Shown piece after piece: positions 1 through 13,528 of a stretch of DNA of 64,000 nucleotides. This DNA comes from the human T2T-CHM13v2.0 reference genome, Homo sapiens. Made by a program: the position numbers and the translations under genes. The notes under the pieces are model-generated. The model made no database searches. It saw only the letters and a list, made by a program, of their open reading frames with translations, and had not been told where the DNA came from. Position 1 is the stretch's first letter. Each line of letters begins with the position of its first letter. The stretch lies in NCBI RefSeq assembly GCF_009914755.1, contig NC_060932.1, one strand, 5' to 3'.

Positions 1-155
1 GAGCATAATGCCCAGTAGCTTTTCTACTATTCCCACCTCCCTCCCACCCCTCTCAAGTAGTCCCCAGTGTCTATTTTTTACATCTTTGTGTCTGTGTGTA
101 CGCTCAATGTTTAGCTCCCACTTATAAGTGAGAAAGGGCACTATTTGGATTTTTA
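1..155 (-). mobile_element. Old primate L1 3' end fragment (L1PA13-16/L1PB-like), cut by window edge
   Basis: 'caagtagtccccagtgtcta...caatgtttagctcccacttataagtgagaa' resembles the reverse complement of an older L1P 3' UTR. Confidence 0.7.
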
Positions 156-1054
156 CCTTAAATTTTATCTTTTTAAACATTTCTACATTTAATTTTTATA
201 TTTGAAGTTAAAGGATCTTACCCAATTAAAGAGGAAAAAAAGTCAATTCAATCAAGTTTAGGAGTGGAGTCCCAGGTAATTTTGGGGGTTGCCTTCCATT
301 TCTTATGGCGTTTCTTACTAGCCAGAGATAGTGGCTGGGATTTAAGACAACATCTTCAGATGTCAGTGTGCTTTATGGTCCTGGCTGCCACTATGTTGAG
401 GATCCCAAAACTTAGAAAGACAGTTGATAAGACAGCCTCATATCTGGTTTGGATCAGTATCATCAAATTTTTCTGTCTACTTATGGAAGTCCGCAACCTT
501 TGCCCATGCAGCAACATTTTTTACTCAATTTTGTATTCAGCTCAAGTTCTAAACATCTCTGAACTTGATGAGAATCCTACATTCTTTTCATATTCCTTCT
601 ATCTTTTGGCATCACTACTCTTTTAGATATTTAAATGACTTCAGTGTGAATTCTGGATATGTGTCATGTCTTAGTTTGGTGGTTTAAACTTCTTGTGCTT
701 CGCAGGCAAGGTACTGTGTCTATCTCAAACTCTCTAATTTTATTTATAAGCACAATAGCTCATGGTGAATATTTTAGTCCAGAGCTAAATCAACCAATTT
801 ATGAGCTGACCAACTGAATGGCTCTTAATAAAAAAGAATGGAAGAAAACTGCTTGGAAGCAATAAGGCATCCTACAAGCCTATGCATATTCTGATACCAT
901 TATGAACCATTTTTATTTTATGAATTAAACTGTATCTGATTTATCTAATTTAATCATAATGTATAACTTCTAGTGGGTCTTGTAAATATTTGTGCATATT
1001 TACGCATAATATTCTTAATTTTTCCTCATTTTTAAGTTGAAATATTTTAAGTGT

Positions 1055-1113
1055 TTACAAGCAAATTATCTGTGAAAATACCTTACAAGCAAATTATCTG
1101 TGAAAATACCTTA
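1055..1113. repeat. Perfect 28-bp tandem duplication
   Basis: TTACAAGCAAATTATCTGTGAAAATACC at 1055-1082 and 1083-1110, followed by TTA. Confidence 0.95.
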
Positions 1114-1554
1114 TCTATTTAGAGGGAGAAGAACTAGGAAGTCAGAATGTTGAATATGGTTTAATAAGAGCTCCGTATATATTAGGTGCTTAGTTTTTCC
1201 GAATAGATAACAATTTGTTGCATATTTACTAGGCATTTCACAGAAATAAGTACACACCTGTGCCCTTCTTTCTTCCATTGATACATCTGTAGAGTATATT
1301 AAAGTCATTTTAAATAAATGCTACAGACACTCAGAGAAATTTATCAGATAGATTGCCTATTAAGCATCTGGAAATTAATAAATTAAGTCAAATGTTTATA
1401 CAATTTACATCCTCATTTTCTGAACTTTCGTCAGTTGTTAAATGTTTCCCATAATTACAATGGCAACATTCATTACAACTTAGAGCTTCCCGATAGGAAA
1501 GAATTAATCATAAGTACTTACGGATCCCACTTTTTTTGTTGAAAATTTCTATAT

Positions 1555-1853
1555 TTTTTGTTTTTTAATTTTTAAAATTTTTTATTGATACATAATAGAA
1601 ATATTTTAGGATACATGTGATAATTTAATACATTCATATAATTTGTAAAGATCAAATCAGTGTAATTGGGATAGCTATCACTTTAAATTTGTATCTTTTC
1701 TTTATGCTAGAAACATTTGAATAACTCTCTTCCAGTTACTTTGAAATATACACTAGATTATCGTAAACTATAGTCTACTTATCTATCAAGCACTGGGTCT
1801 TATTTTTTTCTATCAAACTCTATATTTGTACCCATTAATCAACTTCTCTTCAT
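1555..1853 (-). mobile_element. L1MA-type 3' end fragment
   Basis: T-rich tail then 'gatcaaatcagtgtaattgggata...tgtacccattaatcaacttctcttcat', typical antisense L1MA 3' UTR. Confidence 0.7.
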
Positions 1854-2814
1854 ATAGTTCTGATAGTTATTAAATAAAGTCATCATTGCTTGTCAGTTTC
1901 AAACTTAAAAGACCTCATCATAGTAATAAATTGAAATAAGTGGAGACTAAGGGGATAAATCACTTACCCATCTTTCTCTGGGAATTGTAACCAATGGAGA
2001 AAGACAGAGAAAGTAAATGTAGGTCTCAGCTTTACCAGAGGATATGATGTAATTCCCAAATTTCACAGCTCACTACTCAAGCCAGACTTTCCCCTTCTTG
2101 AGTAGATGCAAGTTCTGCCTGGAGACAGAAAGGCAAGAAAGAGCATGGGGCCCTCTGACTTCCGCTGCAGTGGGCATCAGAGGGTAGGTCAGTCCTGTCT
2201 CCATGTGGGAGTCTGACAGTACCTGTCAGACTTTCCAGAACCTTCCTTTAGGTACATGGAGACAGGTAGAAACCCTCCTAGTTTCCTAAAAGCAAACACA
2301 GTGAGAGAAAGCAATTATCCCTCCTTCCCTGTAACTACCTTCTCCAATATATAATATTTGTGCATAGAAATACCAAAAAGCATGGACATCGGTGAACACG
2401 TTTTCTTCACATCTAAGTTCCTTATAATAGTTAACAAAGGATGGTCTTGTAAGATATTTTTCAGGCATGAGCTTTTTAGTTTATCTTTTTGACATACCCA
2501 ATATTTAGCTTTTAAATATATGAATGAGTATAAAGGTAGGATTACATATGGTAAATTACTTTTAAAGTTGTTAAATGCCTTAATTTTTATTACTTATTTT
2601 TTATTTTATATATTTAACATACACAATGTGATGTTTCGGTATACACACAGAGAGTGAGATAAGGAAAAAGAAATGTCTTGAATATTTTTAATTATTTCAA
2701 AAATAATCTAGATTTGCTTTCTCCATGATATGGAAAACGCCAGAACTGAGGAAGTCCCAGGCCAATAGAACACAGGTCTTCCTTGCTCTGATGCTAGGGC
2801 TACTCAAGTGTATC

Positions 2815-2960
2815 TAAATCACAAGAAGTTAAAGATGAAAGGGACCCTGGAGATGCCCTCATTCAATCTCATTTTACAGATGAGTTAACTGGGAGATCAC
2901 AATTGACATGGCCTCAGTCGCAGATGACCTTAGCAGTGGAATTAGGGTTAGATTAGTCAC
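2815..2960 (-). mobile_element. MIR-family SINE fragment
   Basis: MIR core 'ctcattttacagatgag' with upstream 'gaaagggaccctggagat'. Confidence 0.55.
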
Positions 2961-4789
2961 TGATCCAGGTCAGCGCTATGTGTGCATGTTGTGCTAATAT
3001 TTTAGCGTAAGATTATAAGAAAGTGTTTTTAGCAGTTACAGATCTGAGTGCACACTCTAGTCCAATATGTACAGAATGCATACATGTACTTTTTCCAAAG
3101 TAACTATAATTTGTTAATAACCTTTTAGGGGACATAATTTGTTGAAGCTACTCCATCTGAAATTCCTGTATAAATTAATTGTAATGTTTTGTATTGTGGT
3201 GAACTGCAATCAATATTTTATGAATCCATATTCTGTTAATATTTGGTCAGAAGAAAAAATATTTGATAAATCAATTTTCAACCAAAAGAAATGTTTTTTA
3301 AAGTTCATTTCATCCCCAGAATACTATGATTTTTATATGACCTCTGTGAGTGAGTTTATTTTGTGCAATCCTAGGTCAATTTATGTAAGATGACTTTGTT
3401 TTTCCTAATTTAAAACTATTTCTGAGTAACTAACAAATGTCTTTTGAAAGTAGGCCTCCTGAGGTAAGAGGGTCTCTTGAAGAGTTTATCTTTTTTTTTC
3501 TTATTTTATTTTAAAGTCACTAAATTAGTTTCTTTCAATGAAATATGTTGTTACATTAAATAAATCTATGCAATCCATTATCCTTGAGGGAAATGAAGCC
3601 TTTTCAGTGATATGGTCAAGCATTCCCATGAGTTTGCTTGAAAGCTTGTAACTTGCCAATGCATAGCTACTAATCCTTACTTAGCTGAACACAATCTGAT
3701 GGAGGAAAAGTAGGACAAAAAAGATCAATAGGACATTTACATACCTCCTCATATAAGCTCCATGTAAATATAAGTGATCATAAAACTGTTGCTTCCTTCT
3801 TCATACAAGGTCTCAATTTCTAAAATATGCTGCTAACCACTCTCTAGTCACAATGTGAACGCTATTTTTCCAGGTAGAATAATATATAAATATTATAAAT
3901 AGTTTAGGAAATAATGCCATGACATTGAACTATGAAACCAATTTTAAAATAATTATTTTCAACAGGTAAATACTTCACTAAATTATATTACCACTAGGGA
4001 AATTTTTTTAAACTTCTTTTTCTATAATGTGTATAAGAATTATAAATATTCTCTATTGTGTATTTTTGTACCTTATGACTTGCTAGAAAATAGATTACCA
4101 TTTCAGAACTGATTTATTACTGGCAGGTCTGCAAATGCTAGACTTGATTTCCTCTTGCAGCTATGGAAATGAGTATGTCAATCCATATGCTAACTAATAT
4201 GAATGTATGTTAAATCCACGGCTCATTCAAATTTTGTCCTACGATATTTTTCAATGAAAGAAAATTTACCATCCATCACTAACATCCTTATTAACTTAGC
4301 TTCCTCTATAAAGGAAAGCAACAGTTGCTATTTTTCTTAATTCATTTAATTGAACCATGAAGTACTATGTTTTTATAACACTATGTAGCAGTGTTACTTT
4401 TATTAGTTTGTTTCTAGTTTATACCAACAAGAATATAAATTATCATCGTATTATTTTTATTACCACCAATGATTCAAATTATATTATATATGTAGACTCT
4501 GTGGGTTTTATTACACCATAATAGAGTATGACCTTATACGTTGCAATATAAAATTAGACATTATTAATTTTGGTAAAATCAGTTTGAATAAATTAGATAA
4601 TCTTTGTTTCTTAAAATATATTAATATCATGGCTTTTGACGGCTGTGAAAATTATCTCTAGGAAAACCAATGGACTTTGTTGGATTCAAATTTCAGTAGT
4701 CAGGATGAGCTGTCCCCAAGTTACAACTAGTTATGGTGTTTTGTTTTAACCTTTTCTTTACTAAAACTGATGTATGAATGTTGGATCTA

Positions 4790-5363
<574 letters not shown>

Positions 5364-5457
5364 ATAACTCTAGGAAATAGTAGCACCATTTATTTTGTCT
5401 TACTTTTTGTTTGTTATCAGCAAATTCCGTAACGCTGAAGATTTTTTTCCCCTACAG

Positions 5458-5576
5458 GTTTGGGATGAAAATCTTGCAAAATCGGCAGAGGCTTGGGCGG
5501 CTACTTGCATTTGGGACCATGGACCTTCTTACTTACTGAGATTTTTGGGCCAAAATCTATCTGTACGCACTGGAAG
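5458..5576 (+). CDS. PI15: PI15 internal coding exon ([40 protein letters not shown]), CAP domain
   Basis: Acceptor 'tttttttcccctacag|GTT', donor 'GGAAG|gtagga'; translation matches recalled PI15 protein; 119 nt. Confidence 0.96.
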
Positions 5577-5903
5577 GTAGGAAGTAATTTCACTGATGCA
5601 GTTCATCCACATGGCTTTATTAATTATGGACTCTAGGAGGGAATTTCATCAATTTCAAGTAATATCAACAAATTCTTATTGAATGCTCACTATGTGTCAG
5701 GTACTAACGCTTGGCCTATGAATATTTTAGATGTCTTCCAGAATTACTTAATTAGGCTAAAGGGCCAGTTCCCCTTTTCACCCTTGGAACACCTTCCCTT
5801 AGCCTGGATTTTTCTTTGAGCTCGCAGAATCTTAGAAAGGGTCAAGCCTGTGCTGTATCTTGCCCCCTCCATCTCAGGAAAAAGCCCCATGACTGTGCAG
5901 AGG

Positions 5904-5904
<1 letters not shown>

Positions 5905-5946
<42 letters not shown>
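5905..5946. repeat. (TG)n microsatellite
   Basis: ~20 TG units. Confidence 0.95.
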
Positions 5947-5948
<2 letters not shown>

Positions 5949-6602
5949 CATATGAGTGCAACTTTCCCAAAGTTGCATATACCCGCATTTACATAAACAT
6001 ATACAATAAAAATGTAGGCATTTACATATGTTTATACACATACATATACATGCAGGTATATGCAGCTATGGGAAAAGCTATTCCCATTTGCTAGGATAAT
6101 TTTTCTGCCACTGTGCAAAGTCGTTATCCAACACTCCAAATACCCATCTCCCCCAAATAGGGAAGGAAAATCAACTGTGCTATTATTAAAACTAAGGGAA
6201 TTCAGACTGAAGTGAAAAAAATGCACTGGGTTCTAATATTGTGACTACTTTTATACATCTAATTCTGGATCATTTATAAAATTCTGATGGAGGAAGTTTT
6301 CGACATGGATTAAATAAGACATTGATGATTCCTGAAATTATTTGCATTTTCTTCGTGGAATGACCAGACACATGTTTAGACAAATACAGAATCACTTACT
6401 CCAGCCCTGGCCATTTCCATGCTTGGCCCTAGTTGGAGGAATAGAGGACCCGACTAGGTGGTGATGGTGATTGTGAGGGGTGGATGTGCTCTTGGATCAT
6501 CATGAATAATCTGCAAAAAGAACAATCAATTTACAGTGTAACATGAGTCCCTTATATATTACCACTGCTGCACTCTGATTTCTTTCTTTTCTTTATATGC
6601 AG

Positions 6603-6735
6603 ATATCGCTCTATTCTCCAGTTGGTCAAGCCATGGTATGATGAAGTGAAAGATTATGCTTTTCCATATCCCCAGGATTGCAACCCCAGATGTCCTATGA
6701 GATGTTTTGGTCCCATGTGCACACATTATACGCAG
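6603..6735 (+). CDS. PI15: PI15 coding exon ([44 protein letters not shown])
   Basis: Acceptor 'ttctttatatgcag|A', donor 'CAG|gttatt'; 133 nt; phase fits previous exon; starts the CRISP/CAP signature HYTQ. Confidence 0.96.
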
Positions 6736-6856
6736 GTTATTTCAATTACCTTGTTAATTTTTGATTCATACTTTTAAAATATGCTAATACTATTTTGGTG
6801 GACATGCATTGTCTTAGCTCTGACTTCTGTAACAGTTTATTGGTTTATTTTCACAG

Positions 6857-6972
6857 ATGGTTTGGGCCACTTCCAATCGGATAGGATGCGCAATTCATAC
6901 TTGCCAAAACATGAATGTTTGGGGATCTGTGTGGCGACGTGCAGTTTACTTGGTATGCAACTATGCCCCAAA
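6857..6972 (+). CDS. PI15: PI15 coding exon ([39 protein letters not shown])
   Basis: Acceptor 'ttattttcacag|ATG', donor 'AA|gtaagt'; 116 nt; completes HYTQMVW and contains the LVCNYxP CAP motif. Confidence 0.96.
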
Positions 6973-8249
6973 GTAAGTACCAGGTTGGATTCTATTTCCT
7001 GGATCCTTTAAAGACGTTAAATATCCCTAGGCTGATAGTTATCTGTGACAGGTAAGTGAGTAAGGCTTAGCTATAATGGCCTCTAATCCTCAAATCCACC
7101 ATCCTTCCAATATTTCTGAAAAAAGATTAGCTGAAAGGTTACTTCTCACAAAGACAAGGATTCTAGTTCAAAATTGTAGGCAAAACAATCTGAAATGGTA
7201 GGGCTCACTAAATTCTCCTTACCATATGTTTTAATTATGGCAATTGTAAAATAAACACTGTACCACACAAGCTTTTAATAGCTATATAAAATAAATCAAG
7301 AAAGAATCTTCCATGATATTCTCATCTATCAGTACAAAAATGCTGGCTTACCTTTTTAGCAAAACATTGGAAGTCAATTCCTTCTTCCTTCTCTTATTTT
7401 TTAGATTTTAAAAATTCATAATTTCATCCTAGGGCATATATAAAATGGATTATGGAAATTTATCAAACATTATAAATATAGCCATATTTGTGAACATTAT
7501 TTATGAGGATAAACATTTATCAGCATTTGGTAAAATGCCTCTTGATTACAATAACTCTTTGGATGATAAAATGTTCCAATATTTATATACAATTCTGTTC
7601 CCATTTGGAATAAATACCAAAATGTGCAAAGGATTTATGACACTCTTGGTGTCTTCCAAAATAAGTCTCAAACAAAGATTTTCTCCAGCTATTCCAGCAT
7701 GGGGAGGGAATGAGAAAATGTTTCACAAATAACTGCATTACTCATTTATGTGGTAGTATGCCAGTGGCAGTGCTTTTACAAAGTCAGAAAAATAGTGATT
7801 CTCCCTATGTTCCCCTCTTCATAATTATTAGAATGGGAAGATTTGGAAAGTAGACTGTGTCTGCATTATTAAAAAAAGCATTAAAATTTTACATTTATAC
7901 GAAAATTTTAGTTTTACACATTGCATTTTCCTATGAAGCCTTTACCCTTTCTCCCTGACATAAATAGACCAATTAGTACCCAAATAGTCTAAGAGATTTT
8001 TGTTTCATTTATGTAACTATTCATTTTTGGCCCATAGTTATAATTTTCTAATATTATCAGTGAGATATATTATTGCTTTACAGGTCCAAGAGATTAAGAT
8101 ATTACATTAACATGCTACATTTCAGTTGTAATAAAGAACAATTTTTCTGAAAACTAAGTAATGAAGAAGGTTTTAAAATCCTGATTGATAGCTGAATATA
8201 ATTCTTCCAAACCTAATATGAAATTATGTTAAGTCTAACTGTTATTCAG

Positions 8250-8342
8250 TGGGAAAAAGAGAGACGGAGAGAGAGAAAGAGAGAGAGGAGGAGGAATGGA
8301 AGGAGGGAAAGAGATAAGTGAAAGAGAGAGAGAAAGAGAAAT
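8250..8342. repeat. GA-rich low-complexity tract
   Basis: gagagagaaagagagagaggaggaggaatggaagg... Confidence 0.8.
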
Positions 8343-8580
8343 AATTTAGTTAGAATAGCATAAAATAAAAGAATGAATAGTATAAGTGTATAAATTGGCT
8401 GATTCACTGTTTTGAATAGAATTATCCTCTATTCAATAAAATCTGAGATTTATGTAAAAGTTTATAATATAAAATATGTAATAATTTTACTTATGATACA
8501 ATTTTATTTCCAAGTTTTTGTTTCTAAAAATATGTGCTCCAAAAATGTCTGTGAAACAAATCAACAAAAAGATGAAATTA

Positions 8581-9069
<489 letters not shown>

Positions 9070-10133
9070 TTATCCTTATAGTGTAGAATAAATTTAATAA
9101 AGGTGGGCAGTCTTAAAATCCCATCTCATTTTGTAATATGAATAAAAGTTTTTCATTTTAAGGATAGATTTTCCTGTATAGCTAGATATTTTGTATTTAA
9201 AAGTCTGAATTTTTAACTGAATGGTTGATCAAGATATTTTCATATCTTATACATATACTTTGTGAGTCACTGCTTGGTCTTAGTTGGGTCTTCAGGAAGA
9301 TGAGGACCACCTGTTTCACATTTTAGCCTCTTACCTATTGTTGTCTTATCTTCAACCCTGACTTTTTACCACCGATAACCAAATTTTCTCCCGACCATTT
9401 AACTGTCTTCACATTGCTGTCTATATTGCTATTTCTTAGTATTCTAGTTACTTATCACCACACTACTGAAAACACATTTATTAATTTCTCCTTTATAATT
9501 AAAAGAGCAAAATAACAGTATGGCATCATGGCAGTTTTTAACTCTGTTAAGTGGAGATTTTGGTTTATTATTATGATAATGGCCATCAACACAGTGAAGG
9601 AAAAATATTGACAACACAAAGTAATTCAATTAAATGGGTTCAGTATTATCAAAAATCTAATAGCACTAATTTAAAACAATTAGTAGCTATGAATTTGCAT
9701 ATGAAATAAAACTTTTGAAATCACCTTTAATTGTTCCTGAGAGACATTACTCTCTTATGAGAATAATGGTATATTGGTTTATACCATTATACCATATATG
9801 AAGTTTTTCACATCTCATTTTATGAAGATTGGGAAACTAAAATACTTTGCAGAAGCAAATCTCCTTTTATTTATGATAACTTATATTTTGTGTATATGAT
9901 AACTTATTACTCATTTCATTATTTTTAAGCCTCCCAGAAAATATTAGTTTGTTTTTTTAATCATCCTCAGATGAGCATTAGTGTGAGTTTAAAAGGAGTA
10001 AGTTTAAGGGAATATGGCCTGAGTATGTGCTCCAGAAATCTGCTGTAGAAGGAGAGAGATTTGAGTGGAATGACCCTGGTGTCCCAGGGCTCTGTATCAT
10101 CAGGCGTTGTAGGCATTCACTTCTTATCTGTAA

Positions 10134-10384
<251 letters not shown>

Positions 10385-10592
10385 TAATACTCAGAATAGT
10401 TTTCAAAAGCAAGATATACAGAATAAGTTACTATTGAAATAAGAAATGATTATAACTTTCAGTGACTTTCTAAAGCAACTTCTCAAACGGATCATCACAT
10501 GTCAATACTTGTGAACATATGGCTTAAGGACAATCTACTTTTAAAAAATGGGTGGGTTGCACTAATGCTATCTTTTTTGTTTTCCCTTCTAG

Positions 10593-10728
10593 GGGCAATT
10601 GGATTGGAGAAGCACCATATAAAGTAGGGGTACCATGTTCATCTTGTCCTCCAAGTTATGGGGGATCTTGTACTGACAATCTGTGTTTTCCAGGAGTTAC
10701 GTCAAACTACCTGTACTGGTTTAAATAA
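10593..10728 (+). CDS. PI15: PI15 last coding exon ([44 protein letters not shown])
   Basis: Acceptor 'ttttcccttctag|G'; TAA at 10726-10728; Cys-rich hinge; the four exons total 504 nt = 167 aa + stop. Confidence 0.96.
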
Positions 10729-11414
10729 GTTTACCTTTTCCTCCAGGAAATATAATGATTTCTGGGAACATGGGCATGTATATATATATATGGAGAGAGA
10801 ATTTTGCACATATTATACATATTTTGTGCTAATCTTGTTTTCCTCTTAGTATTCCTTTGTATAAATTAGTGTTTGTCTAGCATGTTTGTTTAATCCTTTG
10901 AAATATTTGAAACATCAATTTCTATTTTCTGACCTCTAAGCCTAAATTAAGATATTGTATATGTAATGATGACATAGTTGATGCATCCAATCCTAAAACT
11001 TACATTCCAAAGGAATTATATCATTATGTTCCTAAGGAGTAAATATATATTTGACCTGTAAGTGTGTGTATGTATACATATACATATGTATGTGTATGGA
11101 TTTATATATGCACACAAACATATAATATGTGATGTAACATGTAGATGATAATATGATTCAGTAGTCAACTTGAGGGAAATTTTTAAAAAACTATTCTCAA
11201 TTATATACGAGGTGATGGGACTTCTTAACACACATTTCTATAATACCCATGAAATGATAATTTGTAAAATAACACTTAGTGATATCTGGAAATAATAATT
11301 CAATTAAGCAACCACGAATTTCACCCTGGAGATATTTTTTCTTATTTGAGTCCACCAAAGGATAATGCCAACTTATATAAGTTCTCAAATCATGCCTTCC
11401 GCTTAGTCTCATTT

Positions 11415-11560
11415 TATTCATTCAGTCGTCATGAGTTGAGTGCTTACTACATGCAAGGCACTCTGCTAGTTATATTCTAATAATGCAGAGATAATTAGAC
11501 ATGGTTCCCGCCCTCAAGAAGCTCACAAAAGTATTCAGGAAATAATGCAGACTAGTGATT
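11415..11560 (-). mobile_element. L2 3' end fragment within 3' UTR
   Basis: 'attcattcag...tgagtgcttactacatgcaaggcactctgctag...acatggttcccgccctcaagaagctcaca'. Confidence 0.6.
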
Positions 11561-13528
11561 TTGCTATAAAATTATTTTTGAAGGAAGCAGACACAGCAGT
11601 ATTTACCTGTAGGTGGAGCAAGTAATAAGCCATGCTGTGCAATATATACATAAAGCTTCTGCTTCTCATGGGAATTTAGTTACAGTGCTTGGAATGAGAA
11701 GGGGAAGGAAAGAATTAACAAATGCCAAGATTTCTGGAGCAGATTGTACAGCTGTGACTTTGGAAAACAGAAAGTAAGACCCTCAGAAAACCAATGAAGT
11801 CTAAGAGAAATAAAATTTAGTGGACAGGTATGAAAAGTGTAATTGCGCCTAACTACCAGATGGAGAGCTTCAGAATGGGCTATCCTTAGAGTCTAGTACA
11901 TCTTGAGGCCTCTCAGCAGGAGACAAAGGATTCCAAAAAGAGATGTGGAGGTGCTGAGGGCACCTCTATCTCTTTGTTGTTTAGTCTGTCATTGAATCAA
12001 TCTACTTATCATCTTGGGTCTTTGAGTATTGTATGAAAGATCCTTCGTGCACACCACACACAGTCATGATTTTGTTAAAGTAGCCTTCTTCAGATGCTTT
12101 TCTAAGGGCTAGTTACCAACTTTATTTCTGTGTTTCTGTAGAAGAAACATTTTCAGTTCTTCATTGAGTTTGATTATGGAAATCCATTCAAAGTCACTAT
12201 GAAAATTTTACTCATGTAGTTTGGAAATGCAACATTTTCCTATCATGAAATCTCTTTCAGAGAGGAGAATACAACATCTTAGTCCAGACATTTAACATAC
12301 TGCATTTCAAGTACATGTGTGTGTGTTTTATTCAGGTTGTGTAATGCTCCCGTAGAATTATAGAACAATTAAATATGGTTAGTTCCAGAGTGCAAATTAC
12401 AGAAGGAAGCTACTTGTTTAAAATTCCATACACGTTTGCAGTTTCTTGTACACATTTGGATACTTTGAAAGATGACAGATTGTTAAATCCATTCAATGGT
12501 AAAGAAACTCACCATCTGGAGATTGAGTCTACTTGTTAATGAATGACTAGCCCAATTATCCTTATAAATTGAATATGGTGACCAAATGCTTTGATATCAT
12601 ACTACTCTGCCTTTGTGGGCACATATGTAGACACTACTAAAAATAAATATTTTTGGAGATTAAAATGGAGAATAGAAGTAATTACATTATTTAGGTCTTA
12701 ATCCAACTTTTTTCTAATATATCTAAACAATTGAAAGGGAAGCTTATTCATGGAATATTGGCTTGATTTATCTAGAAAGTTTTTCCTTCTTCAATTTTAC
12801 TATATTCATTCTACAGGAACAGCAATAAGTACTATTAAACAGAAGATGGCTACACTAAGTTCCAATTTTGTTGCTGAATTGCTTCTGTGAGTTCACTTTT
12901 CAGTTCTAAGGAAGAATAATATTTGCTACATATTTCACAGGGGTTCTTATGAAGGTAAATTTACCAGATTAATAAAAATTTATGAATATTAAAATTATCA
13001 TTAATAATATAAAACACTTATTTGAGATTAAATTAAATTTTTCATGAGCCCCTCTTTGGCAGGAACTCTGTTTAATTCTTTGTATTTATCCCAGCTTCTT
13101 AAATGGTGGCTGTAACATAATAAATGTTTAATAAATGCTTATATGAATGGATTTTTAGAATTAACTAAGAAGCCAAAAATGGCAACAATTTACAGAAATC
13201 CCACCTTTCCATGCTTAAGACAAAAATGTCTTAAATATAAAGCTGTGATTATATCAAAAATCCAGATAAATCATCAAATATATCAGATTAAGACCAGGGT
13301 TTACACACTTAGGCAATAGTCCTTTCCAAACCATGACAAAAACTACAAGTTTATTTATAATTTAACAACTCAGCTGAAAATATAACGGGTATATTTGTTA
13401 TTCTAACTCTATTTTTTAAAGTTAATAATATAAAGTGGCCATGTAAAATATTTTATTTTCCAGGCTAAAGCAAATGAAAGTTTGCTGGTATCAACACAGC
13501 CTGCCATATTTTTCACAGCATGCAACAA

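Noticed and set aside
5395-5457. N-terminal part of ORF 5395..5580 ([10 protein letters not shown]...)
   Set aside because: Intronic polypyrimidine tract upstream of the real acceptor at 5457; only 5458-5576 is coding.
6781-7011. 76-aa ORF overlapping a PI15 exon
   Set aside because: Different frame from the CAP-domain reading and crosses splice sites; no independent support.
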